DNA of 57,220 bases, filler included, from Sphacelaria rigidula (taxonomy: Eukaryota), in the NCBI GenBank assembly GCA_964200075.2. It is 8 parts of 8 records of this genome, joined end to end, with 100 filler letters (N's around TTAATTAATTAA, not from the genome) between each part and the next. Parts side by side here need not be neighbours in the genome. Positions count along the whole stretch, not along the records: positions 7,166 to 14,230 come from CAXNAA020016664.1; positions 14,331 to 21,395 come from CAXNAA020016665.1; positions 21,496 to 28,560 come from CAXNAA020016666.1; 5 more parts are not named here. One strand, given 5' to 3'. Below, piece by piece: positions 12,922 to 25,284 of this stretch. Every line of letters begins with the position of its first letter. Position 1 is the first letter of the stretch. A model generated the notes under the pieces. The model made no database searches, was not told the DNA's origin, and worked only from the letters and a program-made list of their open reading frames with translations. The position numbers and the translations under genes are program-made.

Positions 12922-15071
12922 GTAGCTGAGCGACGCGGTGGGCGTATTGATGCCTATCTCCCATTGACGACCAACGGCCCTGGCGCTTTATCCCCCAGAA
13001 ACGAATATCTGGTACATAGCACGTATGTCGAGAGTACATCCCGATCCCTCGACCGGCCCGGGTCCCTAGTTCGACGCTTTAAGGACGAGCTTTTGATGAA
13101 GTTAGGAATAGCTATTATTTTTCCTTTTTGGTATAAGAGAGGCGAGAGGCAGTGCATTCATGGACAAAACTATTGGCACCCATACGTTACGTCTTAGTCT
13201 ACGATGTCATTCGGTTCGACTTTTTTTTTTTCCTTCCTTTTTCTTCAGCGAGTGTTTCAGGTTTGTTTTGTCTTGGGTACGTCCATCATGTGACCACGGC
13301 TGGATCATGACCCCTGGGGGGTTAGTTAAAGGGCGACAACTTATCAATTAATCAATCACGCCACGTTTCCTGGGTCTTCGTGTATCAGCGAATACCACCA
13401 GCACACTGTTCGTCACTGAAAGTAGAAGCAGCAGCGGTGGTCGCGCCAGAGGTGCGTTCAGTCATGCATGCGCACACAGGAGGGTGAACGAAGGGGGGGG
13501 GAATATTAATATTATTCTCTCCGCCTCCCTCAATGGTGGTGAAAAAAGGTTGCCGCAGTCTTGTTTGTCTTATCTGAATTTGGTGACGATATTGCTCACC
13601 ATCGTGGTGCCTTTCTCCCTTCCTCTGCTTCCCTTATGGGGGGGGGGAATCTCCGCCTTGTTGAGCTATTTTTGTGTTTCGTACCCGGGGTGCGCCCATT
13701 TTGTGACGACGGCTGTGTTCGGAGCAGCAGCTAAGCTGGTGTGAGACGATCGATCGATAAAGCAATAGGTCAATCCATCCAAACGATATGTGTGGACAGC
13801 TCGTGTAAATCTGTACATGTAGGAGTGTTGTTTTTTGTAGTTCATACGCTCTACGAATGCGAGTCTTACTCGTGGGACCCACGCTCAATGAATTTGGTCC
13901 TCGTTATTTTCCTGTCATCACTCGTATGAATCGACTCTGAGCCGTCCTTCCTTTCCTGAAATAGAGTCGTATTGGGTCGACGCGGAGTCGTTCTTCGATA
14001 TGAAGGTGAGTCCACTCGAAGTCATCGTCATTTTTTTGAATGGAGTAGTATACATCGAACATCACGGCCAAAGAGTTGTTATGAGGATTCTCCAAGAACT
14101 CGCAAGATCATCATTGGACGGAACCTCGCTATCATTGGTGAACATGGGGGGGGGGGGGCGGAAGCATTTGTTGATTTCCTTAGTAATTGGACAATTGACA
14201 ACGCAGCGCAGGAGGGTCGGGTGGACATAGNNNNNNNNNNNNNNNNNNNNNNNNNNNNNNNNNNNNNNNNNNNNTTAATTAATTAANNNNNNNNNNNNNN
14301 NNNNNNNNNNNNNNNNNNNNNNNNNNNNNNCCCCAAACCACCGAAAGCCAAAACGCCCAACAAAAAAAACAACCGCCCTCCCCCCCCCCCCCCCGAACCG
14401 GCCAAACGAGCGCACGAAGGCGATGGCCATAAATGCCGTTAGAGCTGGTTTGGTGCTGCACGACGCGACTCATCTGGGCATTATAGCTGATTTTGGATTG
14501 CTACACGCCTCCCGCGTGGGCGAAATTCCTGCAAACGAGCCCAGTAATGGGGTCGCAGCCGGTTTCCCGGCCGGTCGCCGGTGCACTTTTTGTGGGGGGG
14601 CTATTTCGGCATTCATTATTTGTGGTGGACGGAGCCACGATTGTCTCGTCCAGGTAGGTCTCTGCGCCCCCATTTTTCTTGCAGAGCAATGATCGTTTTG
14701 AAAAGGGGTACGTATTCCGCTTGAAACCCATTTCCCCACGATCGTGTGTTTCCGGTAGGTGTTCATTTGTGTTATTTTTTCGTAAGGATGATGCTGCAGG
14801 GGTCTTCGTGATCATTTCACTCGAAAATAACACAGATGGACATCTGCCGCAAACACACAACGGTGGGGAGGAGTGCCACAAGCATACCATCCAAAAGGGT
14901 TTGTACGATTTGAAGTGATCAAAATATTGCCAAATCCTACCGTTGATTTACCAGGCTTCCACCATGTCTCGCGCCTCACTCGTCCGTCACTTTCGTGATT
15001 GATGATTGGCCCTTGGGTTGTCCAGAAAAGACACAAGCCAGCGAATCATACCACGTAAAAACGTAAATGAC

Positions 15072-15462
15072 ACGAGCACGAGCACTCGAGTCATTGCTCA
15101 CTTTGCAAAAAATGAATAGGGCGAGCACCCGAGTATTCCTCGTTGTGGTAACAAATGAAAAGGGCGAGCACTAGAGTCATTGGTCGTTAGGGAAAAAAAT
15201 AATAGGGCGAGCACTCGAACATTGCTCGTTGTGGAAAACATTAATAGGGCGAGCACTCGAGTCATTGCTCTTTGGGGGAAAAGTTAATAGGGCGAGCACT
15301 CGAGCCATTGCTTGTTCTGGAAAAAAATAACAGGGCGAGCACTCGAGTCATTGCTCGTTGTAAAAAAGAGTAATGACTCGAGCACACGAGTCATGCTCGT
15401 TGTATTTTGGAAAAACACCCACGAGTGCACTCGTCTAAACGAGTAATGACTCGTCCGACCTG
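15072..15462. repeat. ~43-bp tandem array (6-7 units), probably subterminal repeats of a DNA transposon
   Basis: Unit GGGCGAGCACTCGAGTCATTGCTCGTT plus A-rich linker at about 15119, 15162, 15205, 15247, 15290 and 15333; the array ends in GACTCGTCCGACCTG (CAG-type terminus on minus). Confidence 0.8.
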
Positions 15463-15582
15463 TGAATTATTTCGAAAAGGTTTCAGAAATCTTCGATTTT
15501 CCGCTCGAGAATATCGACTGCCCAGGTACCGGCAATAGAGCCAGCGGAGGCGACGGTAACCCTAGTCGTTCTAAGGAAAGAG

Positions 15583-17540
15583 TTGCGGTCGCCCAGTTAC
15601 GGGAACTTGTATTCTGAGGGTGCTTATCGTTCGTTTTGCACGAAATACGTAGAATACAAGAGGAGGGTGGAGCATGCGAGTGCAGGGGGTGCGGTAAGGC
15701 ATCAGGTGGTTTATATGGCGCAACTAGTGCCTACGCCCCTGAAGCGCGTCTTCGCGAGACGGTTCCATGAAAAGCATACCATAACGCCGCTGCAGTTGGC
15801 CGCAGCGATGGAGGAGCACGCAAGGCATGCGGCAGGTGCGGAGGTAGAGCTTACTCAGGCGTCCGCGGCCGTGGAAAGGGCTGTCGCAATGAACCACAAG
15901 GGGAGGACCATGCGTGAGAGGGTGGAGCCCATAATGGGTAAGTTGAAGACGTATTTTTCGGCAAAACTCAACGTAGAGATGGTGTATCGTCCCTTCGATT
16001 GTAAATTTCGCCCAGGACCCGCTGCGGTGGTCACGAAAGCGATGGTGGACGGTCTGGCACCGGCGGAATTTATGCAGGCCGTGCTTGTACAGTTACAGCA
16101 CGAAACAAACTGGAAGTCGGACCCGTATTTAGTCATGGATACCGTGGTGGCTGAAGCTCAGGCATGGCGGCGGGTCGAAGTATTTGGAAACTCATCCACT
16201 TCGTCGCCGCAGTCCTCGAGCTCGCGCAACCGCCGATCAAAATCCGCAGGCAGTGCCGCCTCCAATATTACTTGTTATCAGTGTGACCAGGTGGGTCACA
16301 TCGCACGGAAGTGCCCAGCGCCTTCTGAGGGGCAGTCTGGGCATACGAGTGCTGTGCGCCCTCGCAATCACAAAGGAGGAAAAGGTAATCGGGGTGGTGG
16401 CGGAGGCGCATCCTCCAGCGGTGGAGGTGTACAGTCGAGTTCCCAACAGCAGCAGCAGCAGGGGCAGCGGCATCAGCAGGGGTCCGGTTCTGGGTCCGGC
16501 TCAGCCGCAGGGGCTGCTGCTCCACAACGGGCGGTGCAGGTGGGACTGACCTCTCTAGTGTCGGGCTCGGTGCCGGCGCCGCTGGCAGCTGAGCAAGGCG
16601 AGACATCTGCTGCGGAGCCGGCCGGTTTTCAGCTGAAATTTGGATCCGCTGCTGCGTCGGCCGGAGTACCGTTGCAATTTGGTTCTGCGGGCGGGGCTTC
16701 GTACCCGCCGGCGGTGCCGGTGATCCCAGCGGGGGCATCTATGCCTGCGCCGCGCGCGCAGCCGTCGCGCCAAGTGGGAATTACGACCCACCAATCGGCG
16801 GAGCAGATGCCGGTCGAGGACCAAGACACTTATATCCCTGCCGAGTTATATCTCTCCGATCGACGGGCGCGGGGAGCTATATCGGTCAACGCGGTGTTGG
16901 ATTCAGGTGCCCACTTCACGAGCGTGTCGGTGCTAATTGTGGAGATGCTGGAGCGTCTACTCCCCAGTGAGCAAATCTGAATCCCGTTTTCGCTCGGGGC
17001 GCGGCAGGCCATCACCGCATCGGGGAAACGTATAAATGTGACGGAGCGTACGATTCCCCTACTGTTGGCGTTCAGGACGACCTGGGGGCCAGCGAAATTA
17101 CCCCCGATATCGTTTGCGATCATGCCGGGGACGGATGGTGTCGTTCTGTTGGGCTTACCGACGCTTCGGAGACTCGGAGTCGACCCGTATGATCGGCTGT
17201 TAAAGTCCCTAAAAACGCAAATGCCGTCGCCCGGTTCGAGTGTCGAGACGCCTGCCTTTTTGGCCAGTCGCAGAGTGAGCTTGTCGGTTGATGCTCTCCA
17301 GGAGGCGGGGGGGCAGGTGTCCGAGGGGCGTGATGAGGCGGTGGAACGCTTGGTGGAGCGTGACCCCGATATGCTTATGGAGCCGGCGGAAGAAGAGTCC
17401 GTGTGAAAGGCTGCGCTTGAGGAAAGCCTGACGGATGCTGTGGCAAATGACCTCACCGTCTCAAAAGCGGAGCGCTTGCGTGGCATATTGTATCGCCACG
17501 TTACCGCGTTTCGTCGTGCGCTGAGGGGTGATCCCCCTTG
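15583..17540 (+). pseudogene. Ty3/Gypsy lineage A gag-protease, pol deleted
   Basis: Zinc knuckle CYQCDQVGHIARKC and aspartic protease VLDSGA; in-frame TGA stops at 16978 and 17404; homologous to ORFs at 32964 and 51774. Confidence 0.9.
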
Positions 17541-17546
17541 GGGTGC

Positions 17547-17807
17547 TGTGACGAAATCACGCCTTCACGTTGAGTAGATGGGGATGATTGGATGATGACT
17601 TGGGATCTGTAGTGATGAGATGGATGATGACATGGACACAGGGGTGTTACCCTGATGTGATTTATGGAGCGTATGTGCCTGTGAGGCACTCCGGTAATGA
17701 TAAGGTGTTGTGAAGGCTGACAACTGAGACCTTGAGGCCAGTGGAACTGAGAGGAGTCCCTCAACAGCATTTGGACGCTGCAGTACTAGCAACCTGCTGG
17801 CGTCACA
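17547..17807 (+). mobile_element. LTR of Gypsy lineage A (3' LTR)
   Basis: TGTGACG...CGTCACA inverted termini; homologous to 33657-33928 and 52872-53118. Confidence 0.8.
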
Positions 17808-18259
17808 GAGGATATCTCAACACAATATATATATATATTGAAAGGACAATATTTGAGCTGGCTCCAATACAAAGTATTGGTATCATATTGGAACATACTG
17901 TATTTTCCAGGGTATAAGCAACACACCCCCGGTGACCACAGGGGTACCAAAAGGCGCATATCGATCCGCGTTTCTGTCATTGTGATGTTTCGTCAAGATG
18001 CATTTATTACATGGTGGGAAGGGGATGGGCGGCCCCGCACCGGTGGCCAGATATGTATCAGAAGGCATATATGACGGGTCGCCTCTCCTCTCATCATATT
18101 TTCTACCCAGTATATATATATGTATATAATAGTCAAACGCATTCGACAACTCTCCGTAGTAATGCACGCAAACTTCTGCGGCTCACTTTGAAGATTTTAC
18201 CAACCTGCAAGGGCTCCGGCATCCATCGCGTCTGGATCTTTCTTGAAGCGTACACCATA

Positions 18260-20600
18260 CTTACAATATCCAACATCGCTCTTACTCTATCGTTCAGAAT
18301 CTTACAGAATATTTTCCCTACCGTTCTCAGTAGCGTTATTCCTCTATATTTCCCTGGGTCAGCCTTGTCTTCCTTTTTGGAAAGATTACTACTCCTTCTC
18401 GCCACCTCTTGGGCGTGCACTCGTTTTCGCATATCCACTTATACCACAAAACCATCATGGTAATCATTCCTTGACCCCCATGCTTAAGATACTTTTTCAC
18501 TATTCCTTCTCCCCCTGGTGGCTTTCTGTTCTTGAGTTTAGCTACGCACTGTTTTACTTCATCTCTGGGAAATTGTCTCTGCAATTCTTTCGAGCCACTA
18601 TGCTCCCGTTTTGACGTCTCTACATTCGCCACTACCCACTCGTTGATCTCTTTTTCGAATTCCGTGTCGAACTTCGCGTTAGTTTTTGGTGTTCCTAGTT
18701 TACGGTTTTGCTGGATTAACACTTCTCTCTTCCATTTCGAACTGCTTTCCACTTTACCGTTCTGTACCCGTAGTGTGGCTATCCCGTTGTCTATGTTTCT
18801 TGCCTGTTTACCATAATACCTTTCATCCCTACCCACATTTTTTCCATCCCGCCGTCAAATTCTTCATTTGTTTTTTCACCTTACCTTCCCAAACCCTCTT
18901 CGTTTCCTTCTGTGCCATATTTTTTCCTTCCCTTCGGTCTTTAGTTTACCCCTCCCATCTTGCCGTACTTTTGCTCGAATCCCTGTCGCGTGGGCCTCTG
19001 TTCTTACCCTTTTAGCCTGTTTTACTTCCTCATCCCACCATTTTACTGCTCTGTTGCATACTATCAGTTTCTTCCCTATGGCTATACACGCTGTGTTCTT
19101 GACCAGCTGCTCCAATCCTTCTACAACCTTCGCTCCTGCCCGATTTCTTTCATTTCAGTATCAACTGTACCTACGCGTTCCAGCAGCTCGGAAAGTTTCA
19201 CTGCATTTCTTCTAGTCTCTTCTTGGAACTCTTACTGTTTTTCTTCCATGGACAGCCTTGATCCGATTTTGAGGTTCAACATTTTGGAGAGGCTGAAGCG
19301 GTCATCGAAATTTCATTAATTTTGTCCAATAGGCTCGGCGTACGCAAGCAGCTTCGGCCATGGCACTTGTGCCAGAAGCTTTTATACGGCAGCCCAAGCA
19401 TGATGAGTAGTTCAAAAGAAAAGCCACTTTCAGGGTGCGGCGTGTTTGAACAGGAAGACGTACCTCTAAGCGCTACTGAGCACGTAACGAAGTATGCTGA
19501 AGACATACTTCTTTGGACTAGCCATCGAGGTTTTGAGCGCCTCTTGTTGAGTATCTGAGAGAGATTTCATACTGTTGCGCCGGCGACGACCGCCGTCAGC
19601 GAAACGATCTAATACGGCGACAGACGCCAGCGATCTTTGAAACACAGTATCATTTAGCAGTCTGCTGAGATACACTATTACCAGAGTACAGCGTCACTAC
19701 GGTACAGTGGTCAGTTGGATAAATGGATGCCCCACAAAAAAGCTGCATCCTCTCCCTCAGTATTGTCGCAAATCATATCTGAGGGCGGAGGTGGCCATAC
19801 AAGGCCTGATAGCTGGTTCAGACTGGATGAAGCACCTCTCATGGGCGCTACTGGAGAAACAACCCCAAGCGGGGGACTAACCCTAACCCCCGTTGTGTGT
19901 GTGTGCAGTTTTTGTGTGGGGCATTCATTTATCCAACTGAACACTGTACTGTAGTGATGCTGTACTCTGGTAATAGTGTATCTCAGTAGACTGCTAAATG
20001 ATGCTGCGTTTCAAAGATTGCTGGCGTCTGTCGCCGTATTAGGTCGTTTCGCTGACGGCGGTCGTCGCCGGCGCAACCTCATGAAGTCTCTCTCAGATAC
20101 TCAACAAGAGGCGCTCAAAACCTCGATGACTAGTCCAAAGAAGTATGTCTTCAGCATGCTTTGTTTCGTGTTCCGTAGCGCTTAGGTGCGTCTTCCTGTT
20201 CAAAACACGCCGCACCCTGAAAGTGGCTTTTCTTTTGAACTACTCATCATGCTTGAGCTGCCGTGTAAAGGTTTCTAGCACAAGTGCCATGGCCGAAGCT
20301 GCTTGCGTACCTCGAGCCTATTGGACAAAATTAATGAAATTTCGATGATCGCTTCAGCCTCTCCAAAATGTTGAACCTCAAAATCGGATCAAGATTGTTC
20401 ATATCGAGTTTATCGATTCTCCATTTATACAACTTCCTACTCCGTCTACTTCTTTGAGGTCTCGTCTGTTAACCCTCTGTCCATATTAGGCAGTGATGTA
20501 GGGTTCCCACGTCCTCCGCTCATACATGTACTTCCATGACTTCACTATTTCCATGCTCTACAACTATATTGCTAAAAACGAAGCGTTCTCTCCTTCACAC
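18260..20600 (-). mobile_element. Decayed LINE ORF2 (end of endonuclease, linker, start of RT), interrupted by a foldback element
   Basis: YRGITLLRTVGK and VKWWDEEVK fragments, an SDH-like DVGTLHHCLIW near 20490, and WRIDKLDMEEK restored when 19251-20399 is removed; same family as 9640-11820. Confidence 0.88.
19251..20399. mobile_element. Foldback (long-TIR) non-autonomous element
   Basis: ~495-bp inverted arms (19251-19748 / 19903-20399) around a ~155-bp spacer; flanks CATG / CATA. Confidence 0.9.
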
Positions 20601-21324
20601 GTGGGCAGATAGCACCATGTAGGACGTGCTGCACAAGGTTCGTCGCAGTCTTTGTGAAAGCTCCCGTACATCATTTGCAAACCCTAGTGCCTCTTGTGAT
20701 GGTAAATGACTTTGTCTGAATTAAACTAGTTCTTTGGGATTTGCGGATAATCCCCAGAAACGACCGGCGGGTATGAAAAGATTCTAGTCGAATGTGTACT
20801 TTGTAAGGTAGATATGTAAGTGTGTTTTGGATCCTTGTTGAGGAATCTGCAGACTGGTCTGCGCATTACGGCCGGGCAACTACGCACGTTTCTCCGGGCG
20901 CTTTGATTGGCCACAGCACGGCACGTCAGGCTGATTTTGTAGTTGGATTGCTTGTATCCGATTGGCTGTATGGGGCACGCGCCCACCCAAGGCACGCGTC
21001 TTCATGAGGGTATTATGGCAAATTGTAAGTGAGGCAGGAGGTGTTGGGGAAACAGCGGACCATAGCTGCTCCCCACCTCCCCCCCACTTGCGAGAGAAAG
21101 GCTTACCGTAGAAACTAATCACAAGAAGGACTACCAGCTTTCATCTGCTCTACGCTACTTCGTATTCTCAGGCCGGCAAGCCGTGGCAAGCTAACGAGAG
21201 TGAGTCACGTATAACATATTATCCCTCTTTTGTCTTTTTTCTTATTCTTCATTGAAAGAGCTCGATGCTTACTTTCAATAACAGCTATCTGCTGTTGACG
21301 AGTGCCGTGTGCGAGAGAACCTTA

Positions 21325-21395
21325 AACAGCCGATCCTAATTTTTGGGGTTGAAACATAATATGAGGTTGAAGTCCCATCCCTCCATTGCAGGGAA
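21325..21395. mobile_element. Terminus of a TIR element, cut by the piece end; second copy 35652-35725
   Basis: AACAGCCGATCCTAATTTTTGGGGTTGAAACATAA.ATGAGGTTGAA is near-identical at two piece ends and resembles the 19251 terminus. Confidence 0.7.
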
Positions 21396-21641
21396 NNNNN
21401 NNNNNNNNNNNNNNNNNNNNNNNNNNNNNNNNNNNNNNNTTAATTAATTAANNNNNNNNNNNNNNNNNNNNNNNNNNNNNNNNNNNNNNNNNNNNATGAC
21501 AGTTCTAGAGGGTAACGATATGAAATCCGCGCGGGGACAGGAGTAGATCTTGCCATCCTTGTTGTTTACATCGCCCCCCTGTTGGTAGAGGCTGTCACCA
21601 AGGCTGGAAATAAGCACTAGTTAAGGTTCTCCATTTGTTAG

Positions 21642-22495
21642 AGGCAGATGCCTCTGAGTTTTATACGTCGTGTCGAGCAAGACGCGGCCGCAAAACTTAG
21701 CCAAGGAGATGAGTGTCTTCTGTCAAGGACCACTGCGGACCTGCTCGGGCAGGGGGCAACGCCTCCTCCCTCACAGTGCCAGGCCTAGCGTGGGCGTTTC
21801 CACGACGGTCTGAAAATGACAGGGGCAGTTGCTGTAGGTTTCTTCTATCAGAATCAATCAGATATTCTTCCGTAGTGTGCTCCCACGTGAAAATATTTAC
21901 CTTTCTCTGGCAGGCGCGTCATCACCCTTTTGCAGAGTTTTCACTTGGTTCCACGATAGGACAGAGTGTGAGTTGCAATTTGTTTTTTTCGCGAATGGAT
22001 CGCGGGTATTCTAGCCCTCTCGAGGCGTGACTCGCATCGTACAGTCAGTTCTACAGTACTTGTTGTACTGGCACTAGGAACACACTGTGTCAACTTCGTC
22101 GGGTATTACATTGCGCGGATGCACATCGTGCAATAAACGCCTCTATATTTGCAGTGATAGGCGTCCTTTCCCATCCGGTTGTCAATCACGCGAAAGCTGG
22201 TCTGTAGCGCCAGGTATCCGTGCTGATGTGCAGACCTCTCTTCCAAGGACGTCCGCCCCCTTTAGTCTCAGCATATTTTAGGCCTTAGAGTATGACCTAT
22301 GACCGTCTCCGATTGACGCCGTGGATAATGAATTATAATTTCAGTACACTGCCTCCATAACATTGAAAAGGAACAACACTGTGTTTTGTGCGCTGTAGAG
22401 CACGGAGCTGGCAAGATTGAGGAAGCGCACCCAAGGCAACGTCGTGTACTTGCCAATAATTTCGATTTTCACGGAACAAAACCAAGCGATTGCTG
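21642..22495 (+). pseudogene. Possible intron-containing KDZ (Kyakuja-like) transposase relic
   Basis: Spliced reading SQCQA*RGRFHDGLKMTGAVA|ARHHPFAEFSLGSTIGQS resembles the KDZ motif C..GLxxTG..ARH..GE; contains stops; weak. Confidence 0.3.
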
Positions 22496-22737
22496 ACACC
22501 ATGGCGGCGTCAGGGAGGTCTTCTGCTCACGGTGCCAAGCTTTTCTCTTCCGTGAATGGCCCATTGTGATGAGCGTGGCAGTTGTGATGGGTGCCACTTT
22601 GCTTGTTCGTGTGTATTATTGATTTTGAACTGGCCATGATCATGGTGCTGAAGGTAGGCGTTTTTTTTTTTTTTCCGCTATGAATTCTGAAGAGAAACGA
22701 CGGTTTTCAAAGTGAAGAGGTGCAAACGGCACTCTGG

Positions 22738-22936
22738 GGGCGTGTCTCAGCACGTAATTTTCGAATCGAAAAAGTGCGGGGGGAAGCACAAAATCCAATT
22801 TGATATTAGGTCGTGATTTCAACCATCTTCAAAATAAACGACGATATAGAGTTCAAATCACCACCCATTATCAGATCGGAATTTTCCTTTCCCACTGCAC
22901 AGTTCCGATCGAAAAATAATGTCTGAAGACACGCCC
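22738..22936. repeat. Old inverted repeat (~85-bp arms)
   Basis: GGGCGTGTCTCAG...GTGATTTCAAC pairs imperfectly with GTTCAAATCAC...CTGAAGACACGCCC. Confidence 0.55.
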
Positions 22937-25284
22937 TGACGCTGAAAAATTCGCTGAAAGGAATGAGAGTGGAATGTTCACTATTACCGGCTATTTTTCC
23001 TTCCACTCCGACTCTAAGCTGGGAAAAAATATTTTCCGAAACTCCCCAGTAATGGTTTCAATCGACTCTTCTAGGACTTTCGAGTGCTCCGAGGACGAAT
23101 ACTATACATACGGAACAATCCAGAAAAAAAGCCTCGAAAACGAATATTGCCCAACCGAGCTTTGCATAGCACAGACGGTGGTGACACATCCCGACCGTTG
23201 TCGTGAATAATTTTGCAGATGCTTATAGTTATTGGATCGCTGTCGTGAATAATTTTACAGACGCTTATATTTTATTTCTGTCCGTTTATTGCCCTAGTTC
23301 CGAAGAGAAAGGTGTTGGGAGCCAAAAGCGGCCAATAAGACATCTTTTCAATTCAGCCCGTAAGTCGTTCAATATTGAGCACAGATATGATTTTTGTTCC
23401 CCAGTGTAGAGCGCTTGCTTAGTTTTTCCTGATCTCTAAACTTTGGAGAAGGCGTTAACTGGGATGCGCGGTGGCACGCGAAAAAAATGTCGAAAACCGC
23501 CGACTACGAACAAATTACTATTCAAGCTGAAAACAACTGTTACAGTATACTAGACAGAGCTCTAAAATAGGGATGATTCTAGCAGATGATGATGAAGCGG
23601 CGGGCCGTGTTGTATCTACAAGCCAAAGATATATTACGGATCTCTGATCGCAGGAGGACAGCAGCACCTTCTTCTTGAGTGTCACGCAAATATTTCATGT
23701 TCATCTGCTATTGTAAACGATCAAGGAAGGAACAGTAGCAGGATGATCACTCCCAAGTCTGTAGCTTGTACCCGGTTACCCCGGAGACAGTCAGCCGGCC
23801 ACGCTGTCCCTACACGACAGATGGTCTTGGACTGGCTTGAATGCAGTCGTTTCAGACATGGAGAGAGGAGATACTCGCATTTGACCATTTCTTGTCTGTC
23901 TCGATAATGCTCTGGAGTGTAGCCGAGTTTTGCTTCTCGACAGACAGCGCAGATGAAGAAACTTTATCATCACGGGAGGTGGGGGGTGTTAAATCCCGTC
24001 ACATGCGGTCTGTTGTAACGGCTGGCAGACTTTCACAGCATCGATTTCCAGGGAGCCTCTTGATCATGTACATATATGTGCAGGACATGCAGCGGTGACA
24101 TTTGAGTACAAGTACATAAAGCGACTTCCGTCATTACCATCGAGGCAATTTGGTGCGAATCAAGAGTTGAAGCACATTAGAGCAGATTAAAATGGAGGAG
24201 GTGGACACTGCAACAGAAGCAAGCTTTGATTCAGATTTCTCCTGGAACATTGATGAGCAGGTGAGAAGCTGAAGTCGTACCATGCCACGAACAAAGGGGA
24301 GCGCCGCGCTGTTGTCGAGCAGTTTCGCCCACGTTTCGTTGAGGCGGTGACTCTACATTTGATCTCCCGTACAACACGCATTTTGGCGCCAACAAGCCTC
24401 GGGTTAGTCGGTGGGATGCTCGTTGACCACGGATTACGTACGAGTACGTCACAGGTGCGGTGGGCGCTTGAGTTCATCGAAACAAGAACTCATGCAGAAT
24501 TCAGCCAATGGGATCAACTACAGCATTCTTCTGTATAAGGAGGAGGATTACCTGTAGCCGATTTTGGAGGCTAGTGGCTGGGGTGAGATGGTTCGAAGAA
24601 CAGTGGCATAGTGCCAGTCCAGTACTTGTACTGTAATGGTCGTACATCAGTGGAATATAGCGCTCAGTAGCTTCCATGTACAGCATGGTGAGTGTGAAGG
24701 AGTGTGGCGTAGGTCATGCGTCATCTCTTCACTCACGTACCGCATTATAAATGTGCTGCCAAGACAATCAACACCTGTGCAGCCAATGCACCCACGCACG
24801 ACAACAGGGTGCTCGCTTTGAGGATAAAAACAATTGACAGAAATAGCTATTCCAAAATCACCTGACCTATTACTACAATAGAGGTCACCTCGAGCACTAA
24901 TGGATGTAACCATGTATCACGCTCCAAAGTAGTTCCTTGGAAATACTTTAACACTTTCATATCTTGGAGGTAGGGTACGGGCACCGTTGACTCGACAGTC
25001 TGAAACCTCGCCCCTTTATGTACAGATATTCTCGTCAGTTTTCCGGGGGTTAGCACTTGAGCATACCGCTATAACACATGTGACTTTTTCGTGTTTTGAC
25101 TACGAGTAGCTGTCTGAAGCAAATGGCTTGTTGAAACGAAAACGGCCGAGTGTTTCCCATGATTGACGACTGCTGTTGTCTGTCTCATCTGTAGTCAGTC
25201 GTATAGAGCAAACTGCGGCACATCTTGTTACGGTTCGACTTCTCAAGTACTCTAACCGTTTCAGCATGTATTACTCTGGATTAT

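Noticed and set aside
15119-15360. CRISPR-like array of palindromic repeats
   Set aside because: Spacers are only ~16 bp, A-rich and similar to each other; no cas genes; eukaryotic context.
16978-16980. Programmed stop read-through between gag and pol
   Set aside because: The stop falls inside the protease domain and the paralogous copy has Arg there; it is a mutation.
21325-22495. AACAG terminus directly upstream of the KDZ-like relic as one element
   Set aside because: The linker at 21396-21495 separates unrelated pieces.
23560-25060. Possible decayed coding exons (also 13900-14900 and 34400-35450)
   Set aside because: Coding-like texture, but many stops and no motif I can identify; left unannotated.
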